Source: Bacteroidales bacterium UBA5072
Lineage (GTDB): Bacteria > Bacteroidota > Bacteroidia > Bacteroidales > UBA10428
Reading direction: 5' to 3'
NCBI GenBank assembly: GCA_002415855.1
Contig: DIAS01000162.1
Span: forward strand, 3,647 to 67,646
Length of the DNA stretch: 64,000 nt
Position numbers and translations under genes: made by a program. Below, piece after piece: positions 19,877 through 28,240 of the stretch (position 1 is the stretch's first letter; each line of letters opens with the position of its first letter). The notes beneath the pieces were generated by a model. It was not told where the DNA came from. It saw only the letters and a program-made list of their open reading frames with translations, and did not search any database.

Positions 19877-20641
19877 CTAAAAGGGTTTCTTAAAATATAC
19901 GGCAGATTGTGTATCAACTTCGGTCCCCTGCTCATAGCAGTCTACCACAAAACCGGCATCGGTAAACATCTTTAAAAAGTAATTCTTTTCAAACCTAACA
20001 ATTTGTCTGGGATAGGTGCATTTCATTACATAGCCTTCTGGATTCTCGGTCATATCCGGAACATTTTCCTCGATGAAATCTGTCAGGAACAAGGTTCCTC
20101 CCGGTTTGAGCAAACGGAAATATTCCCTGGCAAAAATCCGGATCTCCCAGTCAACGCTGTTCGGAAGCACGGATTGGAGATACAGGATGTCGAACGTGCC
20201 GGCTTCGAAATCGAGCCTGAAATTATCGTCCAGCCTGAGCGATCCGTTCGGATTGAATAAGATGTGCCACAGATCGATGTAATGAAATTCGCAGAAATCA
20301 TGTTTGCTGGCAATATACTTGTTGCACCAGTTTACATTTAAGATATTGGCATCCACGCCGACATATCTTTTTATCCTGCCTACTTTTTCAATCAGTCCGA
20401 TCACCGACCGTCCCGATGAACAGCCAATTTCGAGCAGCACGGTATCCTTGTTCACTTTAAGCCGGTTGGCAAACTTGTCGCCTTCACGCAACGATGAATC
20501 GAGATAGAACTGGTCATCCAAAAACTTATCCCCCATGAGCCGCATCCCAAGGGGAGGCAAAATAATGCCTTTGTACTTGCGGTAGTCTAGTTTTAGTGTC
20601 CGTTTGATCTTTCCAATAATTCTTCTGAACAGGTCTTTCAT
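19877..20641 (-). CDS. class I SAM-dependent methyltransferase (paralog A)
   Basis: SAM motif I is LLEIGCSSGRS and the post-I acidic residue lies in VGVDAN. By eye it is about half identical to the 29661..30422 product along its full length. Confidence 0.7.
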   Translation of the reverse strand: MKDLFRRIIGKIKRTLKLDYRKYKGIILPPLGMRLMGDKFLDDQFYLDSSLREGDKFANRLKVNKDTVLLEIGCSSGRSVIGLIEKVGRIKRYVGVDANILNVNWCNKYIASKHDFCEFHYIDLWHILFNPNGSLRLDDNFRLDFEAGTFDILYLQSVLPNSVDWEIRIFAREYFRLLKPGGTLFLTDFIEENVPDMTENPEGYVMKCTYPRQIVRFEKNYFLKMFTDAGFVVDCYEQGTEVDTQSAVYFKKPF

Positions 20642-20661
20642 TGCATTATTCGTTTAGGCAT

Positions 20662-20669
20662 CAAATATA
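20662..20669 (-). promoter_or_regulatory. candidate -7 box (TATATTTG) for methyltransferase A
   Basis: The minus strand reads TATATTTG, which ends 20 nt upstream of the ATG at 20641. Confidence 0.45.
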
Positions 20670-20738
20670 AATACTTTTTTAATCGGTGATTTGCCGGACA
20701 TGGAGTTTATCAACTGTTTTACCGTTGATTACGGGGTG

Positions 20739-20748
20739 TTGGTCAAAT
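20739..20748 (+). promoter_or_regulatory. TTGGTCAAAT motif forming the loop of a hairpin
   Basis: The exact 10-mer is flanked by ACGGGGTG (20731-20738) and CACCCGT (20749-20755). It lies in the intergenic DNA between family member P1 and methyltransferase A. Confidence 0.3.
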
Positions 20749-20772
20749 CACCCGTAAAAATGACGGTAAATG

Positions 20773-23049
20773 CTATTGTTTGATAACCTTGCAGGAGATT
20801 TCCTTTCCATCAGCATCAATAGCCTTCAGAATATACAGTCCGGCAGGAACGTCCTCCATCTCCAATGCAGATTTGCTGGACACCAGTATTTTATGAATGA
20901 CTGCAGCACCACTGCCGTTCAGAATCTTTAAGTCGACTGGTAAGGTAATGTCCCTGGTGATATCCAGGTAAAGAACATGATCAAAGGGACTGGGATAAAC
21001 CAGCAATGACCCGACCGGTCGCTCGATACCGGGACCTGATGATGTCAGTACTTTATAATACGTTTTAAATACATCCGAGGCAAAATTACCCGGGCTCACT
21101 GCATTGGCAACTACCTTGACCGTCACATCGCCGGTGGCAACAGGATCAATTTTAATATTCAAACCGCCAGTATGTGTTACCGTAGCATTGGTGACCTCGA
21201 TATCATCTGCTGCAAAGCCGGTAACTGACTGATGAAAATCAATCGCAGCCGTGAAACCGGCATTTACGGTATCCGTTGCGGCAGTTGTCAAAACGGGCCT
21301 TTGGTCGACAGACAGAAGGAAAACACTGCTGGCAAAAGAAGAAGGCGTGTATTTAACCCGGAAATACAAATCAGTGCCCGGTACAAGTCCGAGTGTGCTG
21401 CCTGATCCGACATTCGGAGCGGACATGTCAGCTGAAGCAGAATATTCTACCGTTACCGGAATACTCTCGGCAGTGTGTTCAATGGAATAGTTCACGGTAT
21501 AAGCCGGGGTTGCAGGACGAACAGGAATAACCAGTGTCTGAACAGCCGAAACAAATTGCGACGAAGTTGCCTTTTTCCTGAAATACAAGGTTGATCCCGG
21601 AGTAAGGGGAATGGTGCTTCCGGTTCCGGAAACAGCCGAGGTCATGCCTGCATTATTGGCATATTCACAATCCGTTGGAACGGCCGTTGCTGTGGATTCA
21701 GTCTGGTAATTTATTGTGAAAGCTGGCGTAGAGGGTCTGGCCGGGACCGTAAGATGTTGTGTAAGGGAGGCAAAAGAGCTTGCGGTTTCCTTTACCCAGA
21801 AGTAAAGATCCTGTCCGGGCGTTAAGGTGACCGGGGCACCTGTTCCGTTGACCGGAGAGGTGTAGGAGGGTGAGGTGGAGTAAGCAACCGTGGTACTTAC
21901 GTTTTCATTGGTTCTTTCATTGACATAATTAATGGTATAGGCTGGCGTGACTGCTGTTCTTGCGGGAACAACAAGATGTTGTATGTTGGATGCAAGATAG
22001 CAATCACCACTGGCTTTGGTACGGAAATAGACATCTGTTCCGGGAGTCAGATACAAATAACTACCGGTTCCGCTGACAGCGCCCGACATGTTGGAACTGT
22101 AAGAATATTCATCCGTGGCGGGAACGGCTTTATCTGTCCTCTCGTAGGAATAATTGATACCATAGGTGGGTGTCGGCAGTTGGGTGGGGGTACAGCCGAC
22201 TCCGACGGTTACGGCCAAACTCCTTGCTGTGCTTGCACCACATCCGTTGTTTGCTGTAACGTAAATCGTTCCGCTGTTACTGCCAACTGTCGTTGTTATT
22301 GATGAGGTAGTTGAGGTTCCGGTCCAGCCTGAAGGCAGGGTCCAGGTATACGATGTGGCTCCCGAAACAGCTGATATGCTGTATGTTTCTGACGCCCCTT
22401 GGGTGGGATTGGCATTTCCGGAGATGGCCCCGGGTTGTGCAGGAGTACTGCAGCCGCCGAGATAGTTGCTCCAGCCTGAGAAGTTATGACCTGAGGCAAC
22501 TGCTACAACCACAACGCGAAGCACCAGGGGAAAGTACAAGGCCTGATTTGCCCATTCCTCCGGATTATCGGTACAAAAGGGTCCATTTCCCATGTTGTGC
22601 CCGTTTACCCACAAGGGAATCCCGTACCGCCATAATTTTGACAGGTCGGTCCAGTCGATCCCTCCATTCCAGGCTGGCAGGACAGGACTACTGAACTGGG
22701 CTGATGAACCGGGCCCTGCAAGAACGCTGCTTCTGTATCCGCAACTTTCCTGCCATGTGGTACCGTCGGTACTACGGTCCGCCCATATGCAGAAATTCAA
22801 TTGAAAAGGGGCACTGGAAGGCTGGTTAATGATCTCAAAATAATAATAAAACAGCCCGTTCTGATAGTCGTATGGATAGGTCCAGTTCATGGTAGGTGCA
22901 TTTCCATGATCGTACCAGTAGCTGTAACCGCCACAGACGTCATCATCCGCATGCCAGGTATACGTTTTGTCGTGTAACAGGAATTCCTGTGACAAGATTG
23001 CCGGCATACCCGACAGGCAGATCAAAATGATGAACAGTATTTTTTTCAT
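20773..23049 (-). CDS. T9SS-secreted family member P1: N-domain, Cys-bracketed Ig/PKD-like domain, 4 'YFR' modules, Ig-like VTNA/VTNG domain and CTD
   Basis: The real start is probably the ATG at 23049 (MKKILFIILICLSGMPAILSQEF, a signal peptide), not the track start at 23160. The N-domain ends ...LRVVVVAVASGHNFSGWSNY. The four modules are PTPTYGINYSYERTD..YFRTKASGDCYLASNIQHLVVPAR and three relatives. The CTD is LLVYPSPFDHVLYLDI...GLYILKAIDADGKEISCKVIKQ. Confidence 0.85.
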   Translation of the reverse strand: MKKILFIILICLSGMPAILSQEFLLHDKTYTWHADDDVCGGYSYWYDHGNAPTMNWTYPYDYQNGLFYYYFEIINQPSSAPFQLNFCIWADRSTDGTTWQESCGYRSSVLAGPGSSAQFSSPVLPAWNGGIDWTDLSKLWRYGIPLWVNGHNMGNGPFCTDNPEEWANQALYFPLVLRVVVVAVASGHNFSGWSNYLGGCSTPAQPGAISGNANPTQGASETYSISAVSGATSYTWTLPSGWTGTSTTSSITTTVGSNSGTIYVTANNGCGASTARSLAVTVGVGCTPTQLPTPTYGINYSYERTDKAVPATDEYSYSSNMSGAVSGTGSYLYLTPGTDVYFRTKASGDCYLASNIQHLVVPARTAVTPAYTINYVNERTNENVSTTVAYSTSPSYTSPVNGTGAPVTLTPGQDLYFWVKETASSFASLTQHLTVPARPSTPAFTINYQTESTATAVPTDCEYANNAGMTSAVSGTGSTIPLTPGSTLYFRKKATSSQFVSAVQTLVIPVRPATPAYTVNYSIEHTAESIPVTVEYSASADMSAPNVGSGSTLGLVPGTDLYFRVKYTPSSFASSVFLLSVDQRPVLTTAATDTVNAGFTAAIDFHQSVTGFAADDIEVTNATVTHTGGLNIKIDPVATGDVTVKVVANAVSPGNFASDVFKTYYKVLTSSGPGIERPVGSLLVYPSPFDHVLYLDITRDITLPVDLKILNGSGAAVIHKILVSSKSALEMEDVPAGLYILKAIDADGKEISCKVIKQ

Positions 23050-23136
23050 GGCCGGAGGAGTTTTGGGTGGAATAATTGTATCAAAATAACGACTTTTTAG
23101 GATAAAGAAAAAAAAACCTGTAGCATAAATACCCTG

Positions 23137-23170
23137 ATTTTGACCCTGAATCCGGTACATTTGTCAAAAT
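23137..23170. promoter_or_regulatory. inverted pair ATTTTGAC / GTCAAAAT in a divergent promoter region
   Basis: The perfect 8-bp arms are at 23137-23144 and 23163-23170, with an 18-bp spacer. Each arm reads GTCAAAAT toward one of the two divergent genes (P1 and the GT4 gene). Confidence 0.35.
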
Positions 23171-23207
23171 TGTGGGATATTCCTGAAGCAGGCGTTTTTT
23201 AAAAAAG

Positions 23208-23215
23208 TAGATTTG
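23208..23215 (+). promoter_or_regulatory. candidate -7 box (TAGATTTG) for the GT4 gene
   Basis: It matches TAnnTTTG and ends 28 nt upstream of the ATG at 23244. Confidence 0.45.
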
Positions 23216-23243
23216 CTGAATATTCCAAAAGCATATCTGAATT

Positions 23244-24407
23244 ATGAACCTGTTGTTCCTTAGCGAAGTGACTCCTTTTCCACCCAACGGAGGTGAAAAG
23301 CTCAGGAGTTACGGACTGTTGAAATTAATGTCGGAATCGGACCTTACAGTACACGCCATTACCGGTAATTCGCCGGTAGAAAGTTCTGATATCAGTGCCT
23401 TCAGGAACATCCGGTTCTACAAGCATGAATTCTGTTATGACCATGAATACTACAAGGCTCCCAGCAGGTTTCAATGGTATATGCGTCTGTTCAGGCAGGA
23501 TGAAAAACTTGTATCCCTTATCAATAACATCCTGGGACAGAACAACATTGATGTGGCCTTTATTGACTATAATTTCTATGGTCAATATATCAGCCTGTTC
23601 CGGAAAAGGAAGATACCAGTAATTTATGGTACCCATAATGCTCAGGCTGAATTGTTAAATCAGACTCCCGTGAAGACCCTGAGGGCAAGAAGATCCAAAT
23701 TAATACAATATTTAACCAACAAACTGCACGAGACCTGGTATTTCAGGAAAGCCAATGCATTACTTGTTGTTTCGGAAAACGATAAAAGATACCACCAGGC
23801 TTTTGTAAGGAAGGAGAAAATATTTGTAATTCCCAATTTTTTAATTGAATCAGCATACGCTGAGACCTCCGCCAAAAAGGAGAATTATATCCTGATGACC
23901 GCCAACTTTTCCGCTTTTCAGAATTCGTGCGGGCTTGAATGGTTCATCCGCGAGATCTGGGACAAGGAATTGTGGGACCGTACGGAACTCCTGGTAGTGG
24001 GCACACATTCCACGGAAGCATTCAACAATATTAAAGGAAGATACAATACTACCCATATCAAAGCAGTCGGACAGGTTGTAGATCTGAAGTATTATATTTC
24101 CAGGGCGCTTGTTTCCATTGTCCCGTTGCTGCACGGAAGTGGATCAAGGCTCAAATGCCTCGAATCCATGGCTTTAAAAACGCAGTTGATCAGTACATCA
24201 AAAGGCGCTGAAGGGATTGACCACAATGATTCGATCATTATTGCTGATACACCGGAAGAATTTAAATCTGCAATCCTGAAAGCGCTCAACAGGGAAGTAG
24301 ATCTTACCGCAAAAGCCTATCAGGCTTTTATCGGAAAATATTCGCTTCCACCGAACAAGAGAATATTTTCCGATATTATACATCGGCTGACTGGTGGAGG
24401 CAAATAA
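23244..24407 (+). CDS. glycosyltransferase, GT4 (GT-B) family
   Basis: The N-terminus MNLLFLSEVTPFPPNGGEKLRSYGL and the C-terminal sequence PLLHGSGSRLKCLESMALKTQLISTSKGAEGI are typical of GT4 retaining transferases. Confidence 0.8.
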   Translation: MNLLFLSEVTPFPPNGGEKLRSYGLLKLMSESDLTVHAITGNSPVESSDISAFRNIRFYKHEFCYDHEYYKAPSRFQWYMRLFRQDEKLVSLINNILGQNNIDVAFIDYNFYGQYISLFRKRKIPVIYGTHNAQAELLNQTPVKTLRARRSKLIQYLTNKLHETWYFRKANALLVVSENDKRYHQAFVRKEKIFVIPNFLIESAYAETSAKKENYILMTANFSAFQNSCGLEWFIREIWDKELWDRTELLVVGTHSTEAFNNIKGRYNTTHIKAVGQVVDLKYYISRALVSIVPLLHGSGSRLKCLESMALKTQLISTSKGAEGIDHNDSIIIADTPEEFKSAILKALNREVDLTAKAYQAFIGKYSLPPNKRIFSDIIHRLTGGGK

Positions 24408-24656
24408 AGAATGCAGCACTGAACTTTATTAACAGCATTAACATGCTGGGGTAATCCGCTGGTAACGTTCCAGGAGCAATCTGTTGAAGAATACCGAGGT
24501 TCTGTCAAACTTCAAAGGCTGTTAATAAAAAATATCGCTGGATATTCCGGGTTTTGCTTTAATTTAGGCCAGCATTTTGCTGAATTTATGTGAACCTTAT
24601 AAGAAATTATACGTAGATAAATAGATCAGAAATTAATAAACTTTAATTACGCCATT

Positions 24657-26804
24657 ATGAAGAAAAAATTACTCTCTGCTCCTAAAATTGCTTTGATAGC
24701 CTTGCTCTTATTATCAGCAAGATTAGCATCCGGTCAGGTGATCTTTACCAGCACGCCTGATTCGATTGCCGTTTTGAACGAACTCTACACCTATGATGTT
24801 GAAGCAGCTTCCTCTCCGAATGCTCCTGTATATTCCCTGGAGGTTGCCCCTGCCGGTATGAGCATCAACGCCTCCTCGGGTCTGATAACCTGGACACCCA
24901 CCAGTCTGACGCTGGGCGGTATGGTTAAGGTTAAAGCGGTTAACAGTGCAGGAACCTATTATCAGACTTATTATATTTATATCACAAACGCAGTATCCTG
25001 TGATGAAGCTATCATTTCATACTGGCCACTGGATGCCAAGACCGCTCAGAAATCGGTAATTGACTATGCCGGTGGTTATAATGGCTTGTGGGAAGGTGCT
25101 CCTGGTCCGGAACCAACACTCACTGATGATGCCATGGTTGACAAGGCCATAGAATTTATTCCCACATCGAACCTTGACTGGGGGTATAACATCAATGATG
25201 AAAACCAGTATGATTTTAAAGGCAACATGCCATTTTCCATATCATTCTGGTTTAAAAACAAGGCAAGCTCGGTTGTCGGTGTTACAAATAAGGAAGTTAT
25301 CGTAGGAAGATGGGCTGGTGCTGCCAGTGGAAACGCAGGTTTTAATGTTCAATGGAATCCGGTTACCTGGCGTTTAGAATTCAGGATGAGGGATACAGGT
25401 GGCACAGATACAACACTTGTCAGTTTGCAGGAAATACCTGATAATGACAACGAATGGCATCATGTTGTAGCTGCATTCTATCCCGATCCGGCAAATGACA
25501 GCTATATGCATCTATTTGTCGATGGTGTTCACACTTCGTTGCGGTATGATTTCTGGTTGGATGATTTTAGCGGTACTGAGGATGCCTACCTTGGTTACAA
25601 TTACAATTATGAATTCCCCTTCTCAGGCTTGCTCGATGAGGTTGCCATCTGGAACAAGGAGCTCGTTTCATCGGATGTCAGCTCGTTGCGTTCAAAAGGA
25701 CTAGCCGGCACACCGCTTTGCCAGGAAGGTGATGTTGCTCCCATTATTACCTCAGTTCCGGTTACGACCGGCACAGAAGACATTGATTATTCGTACAAGC
25801 TTACCTACCGTGCCATGGCTGGACACACAGTAACCATGTCAGCTCCCACGCTGCCTTCTTGGCTTTCCTTTAATTCAAGCACCGGAATGCTGACGGGCAA
25901 GCCCCTCAATGCCAATAGCGGCAATCACAATGTCACCCTGAGGATCACTGAAGGAAGCATCAACGTTGACCAGTCTTTCACCATCAATGTTACCGGTGTT
26001 AACGATCCCCCGGTATTTACTACAACTCCGGGTCTCTCCGCTATCACAAAACAACAATATACTTACATTATAAGCGCAACCGACGAGGAAGGACAAGCAC
26101 TTACCATTACCTGTCCTACCAAACCGGCCTGGTTAGCCTTTTCTGCAACCGCCGGGAATGGCGTACTCATAGGCACACCACAAAGAACTGATGCTGGAAC
26201 GGCAAATGTAACGGTGCAGGTGACCGATGGAACCACTGCGGTTCCGCAGAACTTCTCTATTGTAGTAACGCTTGACAACAACGTTCCGGTGATCACCTCT
26301 ACTGCTGTAACTTCAGGTATGACCGATGTACTTTATACCTATACCATTACGGCAACTGACGCTGATGCCGAAGCACTTACCTATAGTGCACCCACTCTGC
26401 CGGCATGGTTGAATTTCAATAGTTCCACGCATGTACTGAGCGGTATTCCGGCACAGGCTAATCTGGGCACCCATAACGTTGTTCTCGAGGTAACTGACGG
26501 CAAGGATCCGGTTCAGCAATCCTTCACGATCAATGTAGTTGCCAATGGCATTAATGACAAGGTAGGTTCACTGGCCAAGGTTTATCCCGTGCCTTCTTCA
26601 GACTTTGTCATCATGGAATTTGCTGAAAGACTAGGAAAAGCCGATCTGCAAATTCTGAGTACCTCAGGTGAACTGATGAAACGGATCGACATTTCCAACC
26701 TTTCTTCATACCGGTTGGATGTTCGTGACCTGAGACCGACCTATTACATTTACAGGATTGTTACCAGCAATGGTCAACAAACCGGCTCCATTATTGTACA
26801 GTAA
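24657..26804 (+). CDS. T9SS-secreted protein with cadherin-like/putative-Ig repeats and a LamG (concanavalin-like) domain
   Basis: There is a signal peptide. The repeats look like YTYDVEA...APAGMSINASSGLITWTP and APTLPSWLSFNSSTGMLTGKP...FTINVTGVNDPPVFT (4 by eye). The LamG-type segment ends GLLDEVAIWNKELVSSDV. The CTD is KVYPVPSSDFVIMEF...YYIYRIVTSNGQQTGSIIVQ. Confidence 0.8.
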   Translation: MKKKLLSAPKIALIALLLLSARLASGQVIFTSTPDSIAVLNELYTYDVEAASSPNAPVYSLEVAPAGMSINASSGLITWTPTSLTLGGMVKVKAVNSAGTYYQTYYIYITNAVSCDEAIISYWPLDAKTAQKSVIDYAGGYNGLWEGAPGPEPTLTDDAMVDKAIEFIPTSNLDWGYNINDENQYDFKGNMPFSISFWFKNKASSVVGVTNKEVIVGRWAGAASGNAGFNVQWNPVTWRLEFRMRDTGGTDTTLVSLQEIPDNDNEWHHVVAAFYPDPANDSYMHLFVDGVHTSLRYDFWLDDFSGTEDAYLGYNYNYEFPFSGLLDEVAIWNKELVSSDVSSLRSKGLAGTPLCQEGDVAPIITSVPVTTGTEDIDYSYKLTYRAMAGHTVTMSAPTLPSWLSFNSSTGMLTGKPLNANSGNHNVTLRITEGSINVDQSFTINVTGVNDPPVFTTTPGLSAITKQQYTYIISATDEEGQALTITCPTKPAWLAFSATAGNGVLIGTPQRTDAGTANVTVQVTDGTTAVPQNFSIVVTLDNNVPVITSTAVTSGMTDVLYTYTITATDADAEALTYSAPTLPAWLNFNSSTHVLSGIPAQANLGTHNVVLEVTDGKDPVQQSFTINVVANGINDKVGSLAKVYPVPSSDFVIMEFAERLGKADLQILSTSGELMKRIDISNLSSYRLDVRDLRPTYYIYRIVTSNGQQTGSIIVQ

Positions 26805-26820
26805 TTCTATGAACCTAAAC

Positions 26821-26854
26821 AAAAAACCCGCCACAATTAGGCGGGTTTTTTTTA
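26821..26854 (+). terminator. intrinsic terminator
   Basis: AAAAAACCCGCC-ACAATTA-GGCGGGTTTTTTTTT has its stem at 26827-26832 and 26840-26845, followed by a T9 run. Confidence 0.8.
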
Positions 26855-26863
26855 ACAGCCTGA

Positions 26864-26873
26864 TTAGTCAAAT
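26864..26873 (+). promoter_or_regulatory. TTAGTCAAAT motif upstream of the Wzy-like gene
   Basis: This is a one-mismatch variant of TTGGTCAAAT. The flanks tgaTTAGTCAAATaa resemble tgaTTGGTCAAATaa at 50903. The G of GTCAAA lies 45 nt upstream of the -7 box at 26912, the same spacing as at 23163/23208. Confidence 0.35.
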
Positions 26874-26911
26874 AATGCAAATTGTCCGGACGGCAATAGG
26901 GATATTTACAT

Positions 26912-26919
26912 TAGTTTTG
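26912..26919 (+). promoter_or_regulatory. candidate -7 box (TAGTTTTG) for the Wzy/Wzx genes
   Basis: It matches TAnnTTTG and ends 76 nt upstream of the ATG at 26996. Confidence 0.4.
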
Positions 26920-26995
26920 TTTCCGGTATAGATCATCAAAAGGAAACTCAGATCTGAAAATAAAAAATCAATCCTTTGTATAACTGCTGATTAAT

Positions 26996-28222
26996 ATGTT
27001 TAAGAAAGTTGTCATTCTGATAGTAATTTTATCATCAGTATCGCTCTATACACTTATAATTTTTCCTGATCGTTTCATCAATGTCTTACGGCTTGCTGTG
27101 CCTGTAGCCATGTTTTTTCTGTTTCTTGTGTACAGGGTATATGACAATTCCTACCGGTTCAAACCAAAATTCAGAATCGAAGTCGGCCTGATTTTATTCT
27201 CGGTTGTTTTAAGCATGTTCGGCGCTTACTACTTCCACAAACAGGATTTTGCTGTTACTGCAGTGGCTCAAAGGTTCATTTATTTTATCATGTTTTATCC
27301 TTTGCTTCATGTCCTTAAGCCGAAACCTGAATTCCTCATTAAACTCATTATCATTCTCGGTATCTTTTATGCAGTGTTGTACATCATTCAGATTTTGATA
27401 TACCCGACTGAACTGGTCTCTGCTAAAATATTCGTAGACAGGGAGACGCTCAGGATAAGTTTACCCGGTTCAGGATTTCTTATGCTGGCCTATCTCATTG
27501 GTTTGTCGCGCCTTATCAAAACAAATAATCTCAAATACCTTCTGCTCTGCCTGCTTTCATTGATTGTTCTTGCACTCCTGGGTACAAGGCAGGTAATCGC
27601 CCCGGCTGCGCTGGTTACAATACTAAGTGTTCTATTCAGCAAAAGAGTTAAATCAAGACCCTTGATCATTGTTTTGATCGCAATTGCCACCATACCGGTA
27701 TATTTTATTTTCCTGGATATCTTCAACGCCATGTTTGAGGTATCAAAGATGCAAGCCACCAACTATCAAGGAGATATCAGGGTAAAAGCGGCTACCTTCT
27801 TCTTGCTGGATTTCTTCCCCAATACAATGTCTTATATCATCGGGAACGGTGTTCCGAGCGCTCTTTCTCCCTATGGCATAAGAATGAATGCCTATGCTAA
27901 GTTTCTCGGGTATTATCAGTCTGATATCGGGATCATTGGAGATTATACGAAGTTTGGGATATTGATCGTCATTGCCCAGATTTCGATGTATGCCCGTGTA
28001 ATGTCCAAACGTTTGCCACTGGAACTTGACTTTATCAAAAATAATTTTCTGATCGCATTGCTGACTATCTTTTTTGGCAGCTCCTTTGGATATGCCGATT
28101 ACATTGTTATTATATGTATATCACTTTATCTGATCGACACGGCTTCCTATTTCAATCCTCCCGATACAGGTGTTCCTGCTGCCGATATGCCAAATGATGA
28201 GAAGCCGATTCTGATACAGTAA
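26996..28222 (+). CDS. polytopic membrane protein, O-antigen polymerase (Wzy) or ligase-like
   Basis: The 408-aa protein has about 10-11 hydrophobic segments, is AT-rich and sits next to a flippase-like gene in a glycan locus. I recognised no diagnostic motif, so the call rests on context and topology. Confidence 0.5.
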   Translation: MFKKVVILIVILSSVSLYTLIIFPDRFINVLRLAVPVAMFFLFLVYRVYDNSYRFKPKFRIEVGLILFSVVLSMFGAYYFHKQDFAVTAVAQRFIYFIMFYPLLHVLKPKPEFLIKLIIILGIFYAVLYIIQILIYPTELVSAKIFVDRETLRISLPGSGFLMLAYLIGLSRLIKTNNLKYLLLCLLSLIVLALLGTRQVIAPAALVTILSVLFSKRVKSRPLIIVLIAIATIPVYFIFLDIFNAMFEVSKMQATNYQGDIRVKAATFFLLDFFPNTMSYIIGNGVPSALSPYGIRMNAYAKFLGYYQSDIGIIGDYTKFGILIVIAQISMYARVMSKRLPLELDFIKNNFLIALLTIFFGSSFGYADYIVIICISLYLIDTASYFNPPDTGVPAADMPNDEKPILIQ

Positions 28223-28240
28223 TTAATTAGCTTAACCACT

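Noticed and set aside
23108-23116. An A9/T9 tract upstream of P1, considered as a promoter-spacer phase-variation tract.
   Set aside because: I could not place it convincingly between -33 and -7 elements. Similar A/T runs are common in the AT-rich intergenic DNA here, for example at 15452 and 37890.
23050-23160. The N-terminal extension of P1 in the track ORF (start at 23160, MYRIQGQNQGIYATGFFFF...).
   Set aside because: The extension precedes a perfect signal peptide that starts at the ATG at 23049. It also overlaps the divergent promoter and motif region, so the shorter CDS was adopted.
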